DNA from: Haemophilus parainfluenzae
GTDB lineage: Bacteria; Pseudomonadota; Gammaproteobacteria; Enterobacterales; Pasteurellaceae
Direction: 5' to 3'
NCBI GenBank assembly: GCA_018378615.1
Contig: JAGZXE010000004.1
Location: forward strand, 4,749 to 68,748
Length of the DNA: 64,000 nt
The notes below the pieces were generated by a model, which saw only the letters and a list, made by a program, of their open reading frames with translations, was not told where the DNA came from and searched no databases. Shown here in pieces: positions 25,094 to 35,894 of the stretch (positions are counted from its first letter, which is position 1; each line of letters begins with the position of its first letter). The position numbers were made by a program, and so were the translations under genes.

Positions 25094-26208
25094 TGGAAGA
25101 AAAAGTGCCTTTATGCTTGCGATTATGGCAACGCTTACATATTGATTTTTTATTATTTATTGGATTAGCCGCTATTACAGCTTATGGCATGCTTGTGCTT
25201 TATAGTGCATCAGGCGCCAGTGAAGTCATGTTCCAAAATCGTATTATTCAGGTCATATTAGGTTTTGCCGTGATGATGATTATGGCGCAACTTCCCCCTA
25301 AATTTTATCAGCGACTCGCTCCTTACTTATATTTGGTGGGTTTTATCATGCTGATCTTGGTTGACGCTATCGGTACAACCAGTAAAGGGGCGCAACGTTG
25401 GTTAGATCTTGGGTTCATTCGTTTTCAACCTTCTGAAATAGTCAAACTTGCGGTACCATTAATGGTGGCGGTATATTTAGGTAACCGTCCATTACCACCG
25501 AAAATGAGCGAAACCTTTATTGCTATTGCCATGATTATTGTGCCAACTTTACTTGTGGCTATTCAACCAGACTTAGGCACATCAATTCTGGTTAGTGCAT
25601 CAGGCTTATTCGTGGTATTCTTAGCAGGGATGAGTTGGTGGCTTATTCTTGCTGCTGTAGTTGGATTAGCGGCATTTATTCCTATCATGTGGATGTATTT
25701 AATGCATGACTACCAACGCATGCGTGTATTAACCTTACTTGACCCCGAGAAAGATCCACTTGGGGCGGGTTACCATATTTTGCAATCCAAAATTGCCATC
25801 GGTTCAGGCGGTATATCTGGCAAAGGATGGATGCAAGGGACACAATCCCAATTAGAATTTTTGCCTGAACCACACACTGATTTTATTTTTGCCGTGATGA
25901 GTGAAGAACATGGAATGGTCGGTTTTCTTATTCTGATGGCAATTTATTTGTTTATTATTATCCGTGGCTTAATAATTGCGGTAAATGCAGAAACCTCTTT
26001 CGGGCGTATTCTTGCTGGTGCAACCACACTGATATTCTTCGTTTATGTCTTCGTGAATATTGGTATGGTAAGTGGCATTTTGCCTGTTGTAGGGGTGCCT
26101 TTACCACTCTTTAGCTACGGCGGTACCTCATATGTCGCCATCATGGCAAGCTTTGGTTTAGTGATGTCCATTCATACTCATAAACCTCGCTTTATGAAAG
26201 GGAACTAA
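25093..26208 (+). CDS. rodA: Peptidoglycan glycosyltransferase RodA
   Basis: SEDS motifs FQPSE, QPDLGT, PEPHTDF and SYGG. Confidence 0.97.
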   Translation: MEEKVPLCLRLWQRLHIDFLLFIGLAAITAYGMLVLYSASGASEVMFQNRIIQVILGFAVMMIMAQLPPKFYQRLAPYLYLVGFIMLILVDAIGTTSKGAQRWLDLGFIRFQPSEIVKLAVPLMVAVYLGNRPLPPKMSETFIAIAMIIVPTLLVAIQPDLGTSILVSASGLFVVFLAGMSWWLILAAVVGLAAFIPIMWMYLMHDYQRMRVLTLLDPEKDPLGAGYHILQSKIAIGSGGISGKGWMQGTQSQLEFLPEPHTDFIFAVMSEEHGMVGFLILMAIYLFIIIRGLIIAVNAETSFGRILAGATTLIFFVYVFVNIGMVSGILPVVGVPLPLFSYGGTSYVAIMASFGLVMSIHTHKPRFMKGN

Positions 26209-26261
26209 TTTCCCTTTTGGCTTTCTTATGAAGAGCACCGATAATCTTGAAAGTAATAAGT

Positions 26262-27122
26262 ATGACATTAAAAAACATCTTAAAAACGACCGCACTTTTC
26301 ACCTTGATAAGCAGCTCAAGTTTTTCTGCTTTTGCCGATACGCAAAAAATGTATGGTATTCAAGGGGATTCGCTGTCGATTACTACGACCGTTCAAGCGC
26401 CACAAAGCTATGAAGTGAATGGTAAAACATATACCACACAAGGTGAAGAAGCGAAATCCTATTCAAAAGAAGGAACGGCAAGCTATTACCACCATAAATT
26501 TAATGGTCGTAAAACAGCTAATGGTGAACGCTATAATTCAGCGCTTTTCACTGCTGCACATAAGACCTTACCTTTGAATTCTTATGCAGTTGTCACAAAC
26601 TTGCATAACAATCGTAAAGTGATTGTACGAATTAATGATCGCGGTCCGTTTAGTGAGAAACGCATCATTGACTTATCCCATTCTGCTGCGAAAGAATTAG
26701 GCCTTATTGCTCGTGGTACAGGGCAAGTAAGAATTGAAGCCTTACATGTGGATCATAAAGGTCAAATTTCAGGTGCGGGAGCAAAAACACTGGCTAAACA
26801 TGCTAAAACGCAAGAAGCCAGTGATCGTTTAGTCGTCAATAAAAATAACGAAAAAAAAAATCAAAACTTAGACAGCACAAACGATGCAAAAACTGTCTTC
26901 AAGCTAAAACTACTCGCGCTGTCATCAAAAAGTCAAGCAGAAAGCATCATCACAAAACTCGCGTTAGATGACATCAAAACAGAAATTAACCAAAATGGGC
27001 AAAACTATGAAATCCATTTTGGCCCATTAGCGGATCAAGCGGATATTAATCAATTAAAAACAAAATTACAAAAAACGATCAATGGGCAACCCGTAATCGT
27101 TTATACTTATAAAAACCAATAA
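26262..27122 (+). CDS. rlpA: Septal ring lytic transglycosylase RlpA
   Basis: TAAHKTLP and RINDRGPF...IIDLS; C-terminal SPOR-like region. Confidence 0.93.
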   Translation: MTLKNILKTTALFTLISSSSFSAFADTQKMYGIQGDSLSITTTVQAPQSYEVNGKTYTTQGEEAKSYSKEGTASYYHHKFNGRKTANGERYNSALFTAAHKTLPLNSYAVVTNLHNNRKVIVRINDRGPFSEKRIIDLSHSAAKELGLIARGTGQVRIEALHVDHKGQISGAGAKTLAKHAKTQEASDRLVVNKNNEKKNQNLDSTNDAKTVFKLKLLALSSKSQAESIITKLALDDIKTEINQNGQNYEIHFGPLADQADINQLKTKLQKTINGQPVIVYTYKNQ

Positions 27123-27140
27123 GCTATTAAAGGAAATACT

Positions 27141-28328
27141 ATGTTAAAACAATCTGCAAAATTGAAAAAAATTGTACTCTTCTCGGGATTAATAGCAGCA
27201 TCAACATTTGCTGCCGCTGAAGATATTCAATATGGTATCGCTGTACCGGAAGTGAATGCACAGACCTATGTTTTAATGGATTACAATTCTGGTGCGGTAC
27301 TTGCATCACTTAACCCTGACCAACGCCAATACCCTGCTTCATTAACAAAAATGATGACTAGCTATGTGGTTGGTGCAGCATTAAAACAAGGTAAAATCCA
27401 TAATGAAGATATGGTGACAATTAGCGAAAGCGCTTGGGGTAGAAATTTCCCTGATTCATCAAAAATGTTCTTAAATTTAAATCAACAAGTGTCTGTAGGT
27501 GATTTAAACAAAGGGATTATCATTGTTTCTGGTAATGATGCCTGTGTCGCAGTGGCTGAACATATTTCGGGTACCGTGGCTAACTTCGTTGATACCATGA
27601 ATAAATACGTTCAACAATTTGGCTTAAAAAATACTAACTTCACTACGCCACATGGTTTAGACGATCCAAACCAATATTCAACTGCACGTGACATGGCGAT
27701 TATTGGTGCGCATATTATTCGTGATTTACCAGAAGAATATAAAATCTACGCTGAAAAAGACTTTACGTTCAACAAAATCAAACAACCTAACCGTAATGGC
27801 TTATTATGGGATAAAACCATTAATGTTGATGGTATGAAAACCGGTCACACAAGCCAAGCTGGTTATAACCTTGTCGCATCAGCCACAAGTCCAAACAATA
27901 TGCGTTTGATTTCTGTTGTCATGGGTGTACCAACTTATAAAGGCCGTGAAGTCGAAAGTAAAAAACTCTTACAATGGGGGTTTGCTAACTTTGAAACCTT
28001 AAAAACCTACAAAGCCAATGAAGAAATTTCAAAACAATCGGTTTACTACGGTGATAAAGGTGAGGTAAAAGTTGGTGTATTGCAAGATGGTTTTATTACC
28101 GTGCCAAAAGGTAAACAAGCTGACTTAAAAGCACGTTATGAATTAGATAACAAATACTTACAAGCACCTTTAGCAAAAGGTCAAGTGGTGGGTAAAATTG
28201 TTTATCAATTAGATGGTAAAGATGTCGCCACCCTGAATCTTCAAGCATTAGAAGATGTACAAGAAGGCGGCTTCTTAGGTAAAGGTTGGGACTGGTTAGT
28301 GTTAACAGTTAAAGGATTATTTGACTAA
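27141..28328 (+). CDS. dacA: D-alanyl-D-alanine carboxypeptidase (PBP5)
   Basis: PASLTK, SGN and KTG motifs. Confidence 0.95.
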   Translation: MLKQSAKLKKIVLFSGLIAASTFAAAEDIQYGIAVPEVNAQTYVLMDYNSGAVLASLNPDQRQYPASLTKMMTSYVVGAALKQGKIHNEDMVTISESAWGRNFPDSSKMFLNLNQQVSVGDLNKGIIIVSGNDACVAVAEHISGTVANFVDTMNKYVQQFGLKNTNFTTPHGLDDPNQYSTARDMAIIGAHIIRDLPEEYKIYAEKDFTFNKIKQPNRNGLLWDKTINVDGMKTGHTSQAGYNLVASATSPNNMRLISVVMGVPTYKGREVESKKLLQWGFANFETLKTYKANEEISKQSVYYGDKGEVKVGVLQDGFITVPKGKQADLKARYELDNKYLQAPLAKGQVVGKIVYQLDGKDVATLNLQALEDVQEGGFLGKGWDWLVLTVKGLFD

Positions 28329-28332
28329 ACAC

Positions 28333-28360
28333 CTTGAAAATTAACCGCACTTCCCCATTT
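28333..28360 (+). promoter_or_regulatory. Sigma-32 promoter of ybeD-lipB
   Basis: CTTGAAA-N13-CCCCATTT. Confidence 0.8.
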
Positions 28361-28436
28361 ATATCACATCAATAAATTCGTAAGGTGTGTGAATTTAGCT
28401 GATTCACGCACCTTATTCTTAAATTAAGGAAACAAC

Positions 28437-28715
28437 ATGGCAACCGAAAACGATTATGAAAAACTAAAAGAAGTAATGGAATTCCCTGCTGCAATGACAT
28501 TTAAAGTCGCAGGTGTTAACCGTGAAGGCTTAGCGCAAGACATCGTTGCAGTGATACAAAAATATTTACCGGGTGATTATATTCCAAAGGAAAAACGCAG
28601 TAGCAAAGGCACGTATAATTCAGTTTCAATTGATATCGTGGCGCAAAATTTTGAGCAAGTAGAGACACTCTATAAAGAACTTGCAAAAGTTGAAGGCGTC
28701 AAAATGGTTCTCTAA
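28437..28715 (+). CDS. ybeD: DUF493 family protein YbeD
   Basis: EFP...FKV and [10 protein letters not shown]; between dacA and lipB. Confidence 0.93.
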   Translation: MATENDYEKLKEVMEFPAAMTFKVAGVNREGLAQDIVAVIQKYLPGDYIPKEKRSSKGTYNSVSIDIVAQNFEQVETLYKELAKVEGVKMVL

Positions 28716-28716
28716 G

Positions 28717-29358
28717 ATGAGCAATACTGATTTAATTATCCGTCAATTAGGATTACAAGATTATCAGGAAATCTGGCATAAAATGCAGGAATTCACAGAT
28801 AATCGAAATTCAGAAACCACCGATGAAATTTGGCTAGTTGAGCATCATCCTGTTTTCACACAAGGCCAAGCTGGCAAACCAGAACACTTATTACAACGCA
28901 GTGATATTCCTGTTGTACAATCGGATCGTGGAGGCCAAATTACCTATCATGGTCCTGGTCAGCAGGTTATGTATGTGCTCATTGATATCAAGCGCCATGA
29001 ACATTTAAATGTTCGCCAATTAGTGACCGCACTTGAACAATCTGTTGTGAAAACCCTTGCAGACTACGGCATTGAAGGTTATCCCAAACCTGATGCACCT
29101 GGCGTGTATATTGATGGCAAAAAAATCTGTTCATTAGGTTTACGCATTCGCAAAGGCTGCTCTTTCCATGGGCTCGCGTTTAATATCAATATGGATCTCA
29201 ATCCTTTCCACTACATTAATCCTTGTGGCTATGCAGGGCTGGAAATGTGTCAGCTTGCTGATTTTATCGGTAAAGAAGAGGCGACACTTGACAAGGTTTC
29301 CCCAAAATTAATTAAACACTTTGCCGAACTTTTGGGCTATAATGTTACAAATTTATAA
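28717..29358 (+). CDS. lipB: Octanoyltransferase
   Basis: [19 protein letters not shown] and INPCG. Confidence 0.97.
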   Translation: MSNTDLIIRQLGLQDYQEIWHKMQEFTDNRNSETTDEIWLVEHHPVFTQGQAGKPEHLLQRSDIPVVQSDRGGQITYHGPGQQVMYVLIDIKRHEHLNVRQLVTALEQSVVKTLADYGIEGYPKPDAPGVYIDGKKICSLGLRIRKGCSFHGLAFNINMDLNPFHYINPCGYAGLEMCQLADFIGKEEATLDKVSPKLIKHFAELLGYNVTNL

Positions 29359-29380
29359 CATTCACTTTTATAACTCATTT

Positions 29381-29408
29381 AAAAATGCCTGAATCAGGCA
29401 TTTTTCTT
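29381..29408 (+). terminator. Hairpin with U tract between lipB and lipA
   Basis: AAAAATGCCTGAATCAGGCATTTTT. Confidence 0.55.
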
Positions 29409-29420
29409 TAGGAAAGAACA

Positions 29421-30383
29421 ATGTCAACGCCTTTTAAAATGGAACGCGGTGTGAAATACCGTGATGCAGCCAAAACATCAATTATCCCTGTTAAAAACAT
29501 CGATCCTAATCAAGAATTATTGAAAAAGCCGGAATGGATGAAAATCAAATTGCCATCTAGCTCATTAAAGATCGAGACCATCAAAAACGGGATGCGTCGT
29601 CATGGCCTACATTCTGTCTGCGAAGAAGCGTCTTGTCCAAATTTACACGAGTGCTTTAACCATGGTACGGCAACCTTTATGATTTTAGGGGCGATTTGTA
29701 CTCGTCGTTGCCCATTCTGTGACGTTGCACATGGTAAACCATTACCGCCCGATCCGGATGAACCACGTAAATTAGCTGAAACTATCCAAGATATGAAGTT
29801 GAAATATGTGGTGATTACCTCTGTAGACCGTGATGATTTACCTGATCGTGGTGCAGGTCATTTTGCTGAATGTGTAAAAGAAGTGCGTGCATTAAATCCT
29901 GGCATCAAAATTGAGATTTTGGTTCCTGATTTCCGAGGACGTATTACTCAAGCCTTAGAAAAATTAAAAGACAATCCACCGGATGTGTTCAACCACAACT
30001 TGGAAAATGTGCCACGTTTGTATAAAGAAATTCGTCCGGGCGCTGATTATCAGTGGTCTTTAAAATTGCTTCATGATTTCAAAGAAATGTTCCCAAACAT
30101 CCCAACTAAATCAGGTTTAATGGTTGGATTAGGTGAAACTAATGAAGAACTCCTTCAAGTGATGGAAGACTTACGTGCAAACGGCGTAACCATGTTAACA
30201 CTGGGTCAATATCTCCAACCAAGTCGCCATCACTTACCGGTTGCGCGCTATGTGCCACCAGCCGAATTTGATGAATTCCGAGATAAAGCCAACGCAATGG
30301 GCTTTGAACACGCAGCCTGTGGCCCATTTGTTCGCTCTTCCTACCATGCTGATTTACAAGCAAGTGGTGGATTAGTGAAGTAA
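29421..30383 (+). CDS. lipA: Lipoyl synthase
   Basis: [12 protein letters not shown] and [14 protein letters not shown]. Confidence 0.98.
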   Translation: MSTPFKMERGVKYRDAAKTSIIPVKNIDPNQELLKKPEWMKIKLPSSSLKIETIKNGMRRHGLHSVCEEASCPNLHECFNHGTATFMILGAICTRRCPFCDVAHGKPLPPDPDEPRKLAETIQDMKLKYVVITSVDRDDLPDRGAGHFAECVKEVRALNPGIKIEILVPDFRGRITQALEKLKDNPPDVFNHNLENVPRLYKEIRPGADYQWSLKLLHDFKEMFPNIPTKSGLMVGLGETNEELLQVMEDLRANGVTMLTLGQYLQPSRHHLPVARYVPPAEFDEFRDKANAMGFEHAACGPFVRSSYHADLQASGGLVK

Positions 30384-30396
30384 TCAAAAACAGATA

Positions 30397-30438
30397 AAAA
30401 AATGACCGCACTTTGAATCTCAAGTGCGGTCATTTTTT
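30397..30438. terminator. Bidirectional terminator made of an inverted USS pair
   Basis: AAAAAATGACCGCACTT...AAGTGCGGTCATTTTTT between convergent genes. Confidence 0.88.
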
Positions 30439-30453
30439 ATATTATCCTTTCAA

Positions 30454-32478
30454 CTAGTCAGTTGCTGCAGGCTTCTCTTCTTCGCCCTCATCGGTCTCCA
30501 TCATGCTTTCTTGACGAAGATCTTCAAGGGTACGACCATTAATTAAGTAGCCATTTTCCGTTTTTTCCACTCTAGAAACGTAATTATCCCCCTCTTCCAC
30601 AAATTCTCGGTGAAGTTTTCCATCATATTTCACAAAGCTACTTAAATATTGCCAAAAGTATGAATTTTCCTTAATGGCTAAGGCTTTTTCATTTTGATCA
30701 TCAAACAACATTTTACTTAATGTCAGATTAAATGTGCCTTCAATATTATCTGGAATCATGTCTGATGAATCATCTTCGGGCACTTGGGGCACAATACCAC
30801 TCACTTCCAATTTAACTGGATAAGCATTAGTCTCCGGATAAGTATTAAGATTTAAATTTAACGTTGCATTATCAACGATTAAATCAAGCTCTTTCCAGGA
30901 GTTTTTGATGTATTTATCAAATGTGGCTGACGTTAAATGCGTGCTGCATAAGGCCCCATAAAACGGTGCTGAGCAAAATCTTGCTGATAAATGCGCTTTG
31001 CTATGATTAATTTTAAATGGTGCATCAATCGCTAATTTTTCAAATTGGAAGCCTGCACTTGGGTAACTGGCTTTATTCGCTGACAATGTGATATGTTCAT
31101 TATATTGATCATTGTCTAGTGTTTCCGTCTTATCACTAGCTGATACGTCATCAAGCACTAAATCGGCCATATTAAATGATTTTAAGGCTGCCTCAATATT
31201 GGTTTTGCCACTAAATTCTTTCACCCATTTATCTTTGGCATTCAAGAAGTCTTTATTGTCTTTTGATGGTGCCTCTTTCTCAGCAAAAGCATCTAATAAA
31301 AACGGTACAAACGCCAATTCGTTTGCCACGTTGTAATCATCTAACTGAATATTAACTTTACCGCCTTTAGCTTCCCATTTACGCTCTTCATCGGCAGGGG
31401 TTTGTTTCACACTATCAACATTCAGTTTAAAATCTACATTAGCCTTGGTTAAATCCGTATTCGCCAACTTAAGTTCAAGACCGGCATTTTGTAAGTTAAA
31501 GTAAGGTTGATTATTTTTAGGCACATTGACAGAAAGCACGGATAATGAACCATCAAAACGATCGTTTTGTGTAAAAATTTTCGTTAACAAATTGACGCCG
31601 TCTTTAATGTCTAGTGAGCCATCACTTAATTTTTTAAATTCATGATGAAAATTGACCGCACTTGGCACGCCATTTTGTTTAATCAATAAATTCAAACCAC
31701 CCGCTGTCGCTTGTCCTTCCTCTGTCGTGCGAGTTTTATTGGCAACGCGTAAAATATCACTACTGAATTTCGTACTCAGATCACGCTTATCTGCCTCGCC
31801 TGATTTTACATCAAAATGATAAGTGGTATTTTTTAGATAAATGTGAGTATTTTCACCATTTAATAACGCTAACTCGGCATTTTTCGCGGTTAAGTCAATA
31901 CTTGATAGGTCGTATTGATTTGCACCGACAGGCACAAGGCGAGCTTCCCCCTCAATTTGTTCCAGTTTCGTGTCTTTATCATAATTAAAACCACTTAAGG
32001 TGGTTTTTAGCTCAACTTCTTTATTTTTTAAGAAATGAAGACCAATAGAAAGGTTTTGGGACTTATTCGCAAAATCACGGAATTCCGTCAAAATATCAGA
32101 CTGTAAATAATCCCCTACTGGAGAAAATTTACTATTAATTGTATTTTTATCAATCGTGATATTTAATGTTTTATTTAATTGACGAACTAATTGATCGGAT
32201 AACTGTGACTCAGCCGTAATAAAGAAAGGTAACGCGGTAAGCTTGGTTGAAATCACACTCGTGTTTTTCGACTCACTATTTTTTACGCTAAAGATTAACT
32301 CACGAATAAAAAAGTTTTTCGCAGTTTGTGTCACGTTTAATGTTGCTTGATTATCCAAAGAGTAAGGGAAATTTTTTAATACCTGATCAATTTTGTGATT
32401 AGTATAAAATTGTGCGCCGATCCCAAGTGCCACTGCGATAGCCGAAATCGTCAATGTTATTGTTTTTTTCTTGCTCAT
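30454..32478 (-). CDS. Membrane-anchored periplasmic protein, possibly YdgA/DUF945-like
   Basis: 674 aa; N-terminal anchor ending GAQFYT; beta-rich body; C-terminal LINGRTL; family call tentative. Confidence 0.6.
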   Translation of the reverse strand: MSKKKTITLTISAIAVALGIGAQFYTNHKIDQVLKNFPYSLDNQATLNVTQTAKNFFIRELIFSVKNSESKNTSVISTKLTALPFFITAESQLSDQLVRQLNKTLNITIDKNTINSKFSPVGDYLQSDILTEFRDFANKSQNLSIGLHFLKNKEVELKTTLSGFNYDKDTKLEQIEGEARLVPVGANQYDLSSIDLTAKNAELALLNGENTHIYLKNTTYHFDVKSGEADKRDLSTKFSSDILRVANKTRTTEEGQATAGGLNLLIKQNGVPSAVNFHHEFKKLSDGSLDIKDGVNLLTKIFTQNDRFDGSLSVLSVNVPKNNQPYFNLQNAGLELKLANTDLTKANVDFKLNVDSVKQTPADEERKWEAKGGKVNIQLDDYNVANELAFVPFLLDAFAEKEAPSKDNKDFLNAKDKWVKEFSGKTNIEAALKSFNMADLVLDDVSASDKTETLDNDQYNEHITLSANKASYPSAGFQFEKLAIDAPFKINHSKAHLSARFCSAPFYGALCSTHLTSATFDKYIKNSWKELDLIVDNATLNLNLNTYPETNAYPVKLEVSGIVPQVPEDDSSDMIPDNIEGTFNLTLSKMLFDDQNEKALAIKENSYFWQYLSSFVKYDGKLHREFVEEGDNYVSRVEKTENGYLINGRTLEDLRQESMMETDEGEEEKPAATD

Positions 32479-32524
32479 AACGTCCCCAGATGCGATCTCA
32501 ATTTACGATCTCAAAATCCTTTTG

Positions 32525-32566
32525 AAAAATTAACCGCACTTTTCTCTTCAAAGTGCGGTCAGTTTT
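32525..32566. repeat. Inverted USS pair (probable adk terminator)
   Basis: AACCGCACTTT...AAAGTGCGGTC just downstream of adk. Confidence 0.8.
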
Positions 32567-32575
32567 CAATCTTTT

Positions 32576-33259
<684 letters not shown>

Positions 33260-33318
33260 TTAAAGCCTTGTTTGGTCAAATGATTTTGCTGTTAATTTTG
33301 ACCGCACTTTATTTTATT

Positions 33319-34593
33319 TTAAGCTTTTTCATTTCCTTTTTCATTCCATGGCGCCACCCAGAATAAACAAATCATTCCTGGGATAGCGAGGAATAAACAA
33401 ATCCAGAAAAAATGATAGTAACCTACTGCTTTGACTAAGTAACCCGATAACATACCAAGCCCTTTACTCGGTAAAGCAGAAAGACTGGTAAATAAGGCTA
33501 ACTGAGTGGCAGTATAAAGCGGATTGGTTTCACGAGCCATAAAAGCAACAAAGGCAGCAGTGCCCAGACCGACACCGATATATTCACCCGCAATCACGAA
33601 ACCTAATTTCCAAAGTTCAGCTGCACCGATTTGGTCAAAATGCCCAAATGCAGCTAACCAAATAAATCCACCAATAGTAATCCATTGGATAAAACCAAAT
33701 ACCCATAATGCGCGGTTAATGCCTAGGCGTAACATAATCACGCCCCCCACGAGACCGGCAGAGATACTCGCCCAAAGTGAAGTGCTTTTTACCACCAACG
33801 CAATATGCTCTTTTTCAAAGCCCATGTCATAGACGAATTTCGTTTGTAACGTAGTGGCAAATGAATCACCAAATTTATACAAGAACAAAAAGAGTAAAAA
33901 ACCGATGGCTTGGGCGACACCTTTGCGTTGGAAGAACTCTTTCAAAGGTATCCAAAACACCATATAGAAAGGTTGCTCACGATCGACCTGTGCAATCTGT
34001 GGTTCTTTCGCTAAAAAGAGCGTCATAAATATGCCCGCTAACATACAAAGTGCGGTCAATAAAAAGACGGTTTCCCATGGATAAATCGTCGCTAAATAAA
34101 GCGAGAGCCCCCCTGGAATTAAGCCTGCAACGCGATAAGCATTAATGTGGATGGTGTTCCCCAATCCTAATTCATTATCCGTTAAAATTTCACGACGATA
34201 AGCATCGAGTACAATATCTTGTGTCGCAGAGAAAAAGGCAATAAATGTGGCAATTTTAGCTACCGTACTTAACTCAGCCACGGGATCAAACTGACTAATC
34301 GCATAAAGGGAAATCAGCAAAACCACTTGAGAAATTAATAACCAACTACGACGACGCCCTAAAAAATGCGGGAAATAGCGGTCTAATAACGGTGCCCATA
34401 AAAACTTCAAACCATATGGCACCATCACCCCTGTCAATGCACCGATTAATTCAACGGAAAGTTTCTTATCTGTCAGCCACACTGGCAACATTTGCAATAA
34501 CACGAAAAGTGGTAAGCCCGAACTAAATCCAGTGAAAACACAGATCAGCATTTTGCGGGTAAATATTTGACTAGAAAGGGATTGTTCTGACAT
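33319..34593 (-). CDS. ampG: Muropeptide MFS transporter AmpG
   Basis: GFSSGLP, LKFLWAP, GRRRSW and SATQDIVLDAYRRE. Confidence 0.95.
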   Translation of the reverse strand: MSEQSLSSQIFTRKMLICVFTGFSSGLPLFVLLQMLPVWLTDKKLSVELIGALTGVMVPYGLKFLWAPLLDRYFPHFLGRRRSWLLISQVVLLISLYAISQFDPVAELSTVAKIATFIAFFSATQDIVLDAYRREILTDNELGLGNTIHINAYRVAGLIPGGLSLYLATIYPWETVFLLTALCMLAGIFMTLFLAKEPQIAQVDREQPFYMVFWIPLKEFFQRKGVAQAIGFLLFLFLYKFGDSFATTLQTKFVYDMGFEKEHIALVVKSTSLWASISAGLVGGVIMLRLGINRALWVFGFIQWITIGGFIWLAAFGHFDQIGAAELWKLGFVIAGEYIGVGLGTAAFVAFMARETNPLYTATQLALFTSLSALPSKGLGMLSGYLVKAVGYYHFFWICLFLAIPGMICLFWVAPWNEKGNEKA

Positions 34594-34673
34594 AAAGTGC
34601 GGTTATTTTTGAGCGTATTTTATCTGATTAAAATATTAAGGGCGGAATGATGCTCCGCCCAACAAGAGTGAGA

Positions 34674-35690
34674 TTAATCTCGATATCCTTTCGGATTATT
34701 TTTTTGCCAATTCCAAGTATCTTTCATCATTTGCTCAAGACCTCGTTCTGCTGTCCAATTTAACTCTTTCGCTGCAAGGCTTGGATCGGAATAGCAGGTT
34801 GCAATATCACCTGGACGACGTGCCACAAGACGATATGGAATTTTAATATTGTTCGCTTGCTCAAACGCTTTCACCATATCCAGTACAGAATAACCGGTAC
34901 CTGTACCTAAGTTATAAATGTGTAAACCTGCGTCATTTTCATGACGATTTAATGCTTTTAAGTGACCAATCGCTAAATCCACCACGTGAATATAATCACG
35001 TACACCTGTGCCGTCATGAGTATCATAATCGCTACCAAACACGGAAAGTTGCGGTAATTTACCGATCGCAACTTGGCTGATATAAGGTAATAGGTTATTT
35101 GGAATACCATTTGGATCTTCACCAATCAAGCCACTTGCGTGTGCGCCCACTGGGTTGAAATAACGTAAGATCGTCATACTAAATTGCGGTTCAGCTTTCG
35201 CAACATCAGTCAGAATTTGTTCCACCATATATTTAGATGTACCGTAAGGGTTAGTTGTGCCGCCCACTTTGCAATCTTCTGTAATAGGAATAATTTCAGG
35301 ATCGCCATAAACTGTTGCAGATGAACTAAATACAAAGTTCCACACGCCTGCTTTTTTCATTTCTTGAATCAAAACAATCGTGCCTGATACGTTATTCATA
35401 TAGTATTCAGCGGGTTTTTGAACACTTTCACCCACGGCTTTTAAACCCGCAAAATGGATGACCGATTGAATACTGTTTTCAGCAAAGATTTTTTGTAATA
35501 AAGCACGATCTAAAATATCGCCCTCATAAAATTTCACGTCTTTGCCCGTGATTTCTTTTACGCGTTCTAAAGATTTTGGGGAGGAATTGCATAAATTATC
35601 CAATACCACCACTTCTTTATTTGCATTTAATAATTCCACTACGGTGTGTGAACCGATATAGCCGGCGCCACCTGTTACTAAAATCGCCAT
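34674..35690 (-). CDS. galE: UDP-glucose 4-epimerase
   Basis: [10 protein letters not shown] and YGTSK; 338 aa. Confidence 0.97.
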   Translation of the reverse strand: MAILVTGGAGYIGSHTVVELLNANKEVVVLDNLCNSSPKSLERVKEITGKDVKFYEGDILDRALLQKIFAENSIQSVIHFAGLKAVGESVQKPAEYYMNNVSGTIVLIQEMKKAGVWNFVFSSSATVYGDPEIIPITEDCKVGGTTNPYGTSKYMVEQILTDVAKAEPQFSMTILRYFNPVGAHASGLIGEDPNGIPNNLLPYISQVAIGKLPQLSVFGSDYDTHDGTGVRDYIHVVDLAIGHLKALNRHENDAGLHIYNLGTGTGYSVLDMVKAFEQANNIKIPYRLVARRPGDIATCYSDPSLAAKELNWTAERGLEQMMKDTWNWQKNNPKGYRD

Positions 35691-35774
35691 GGGTTGCTCC
35701 TTAATCATTTTGTTCGTGAATTATAACATTGATTTCTATGATACATAAATTTATCCACTCTTTTGACCGCACTT

Positions 35775-35796
35775 TGGTGTGATCGTTGTCACAGAA
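35775..35796. promoter_or_regulatory. CRP site between galE and the autotransporter
   Basis: Exact core TGTGA-TCGTTG-TCACA at 35778-35793. Confidence 0.75.
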
Positions 35797-35894
35797 TAAA
35801 CATTTTTCTCTGGAATTTTGATTTGAGTCATTGAAGCGTCTCTCGATGAGGCGAATAATAGCCTGCGAAAATCAAAAAGATAAAGGAAGACAAC

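Noticed and set aside
32490..32517. TGCGATCTCAA...CGATCTCAA as a CRP-S site
   Set aside because: A short direct repeat without the TCGCA half-site at 6-bp spacing
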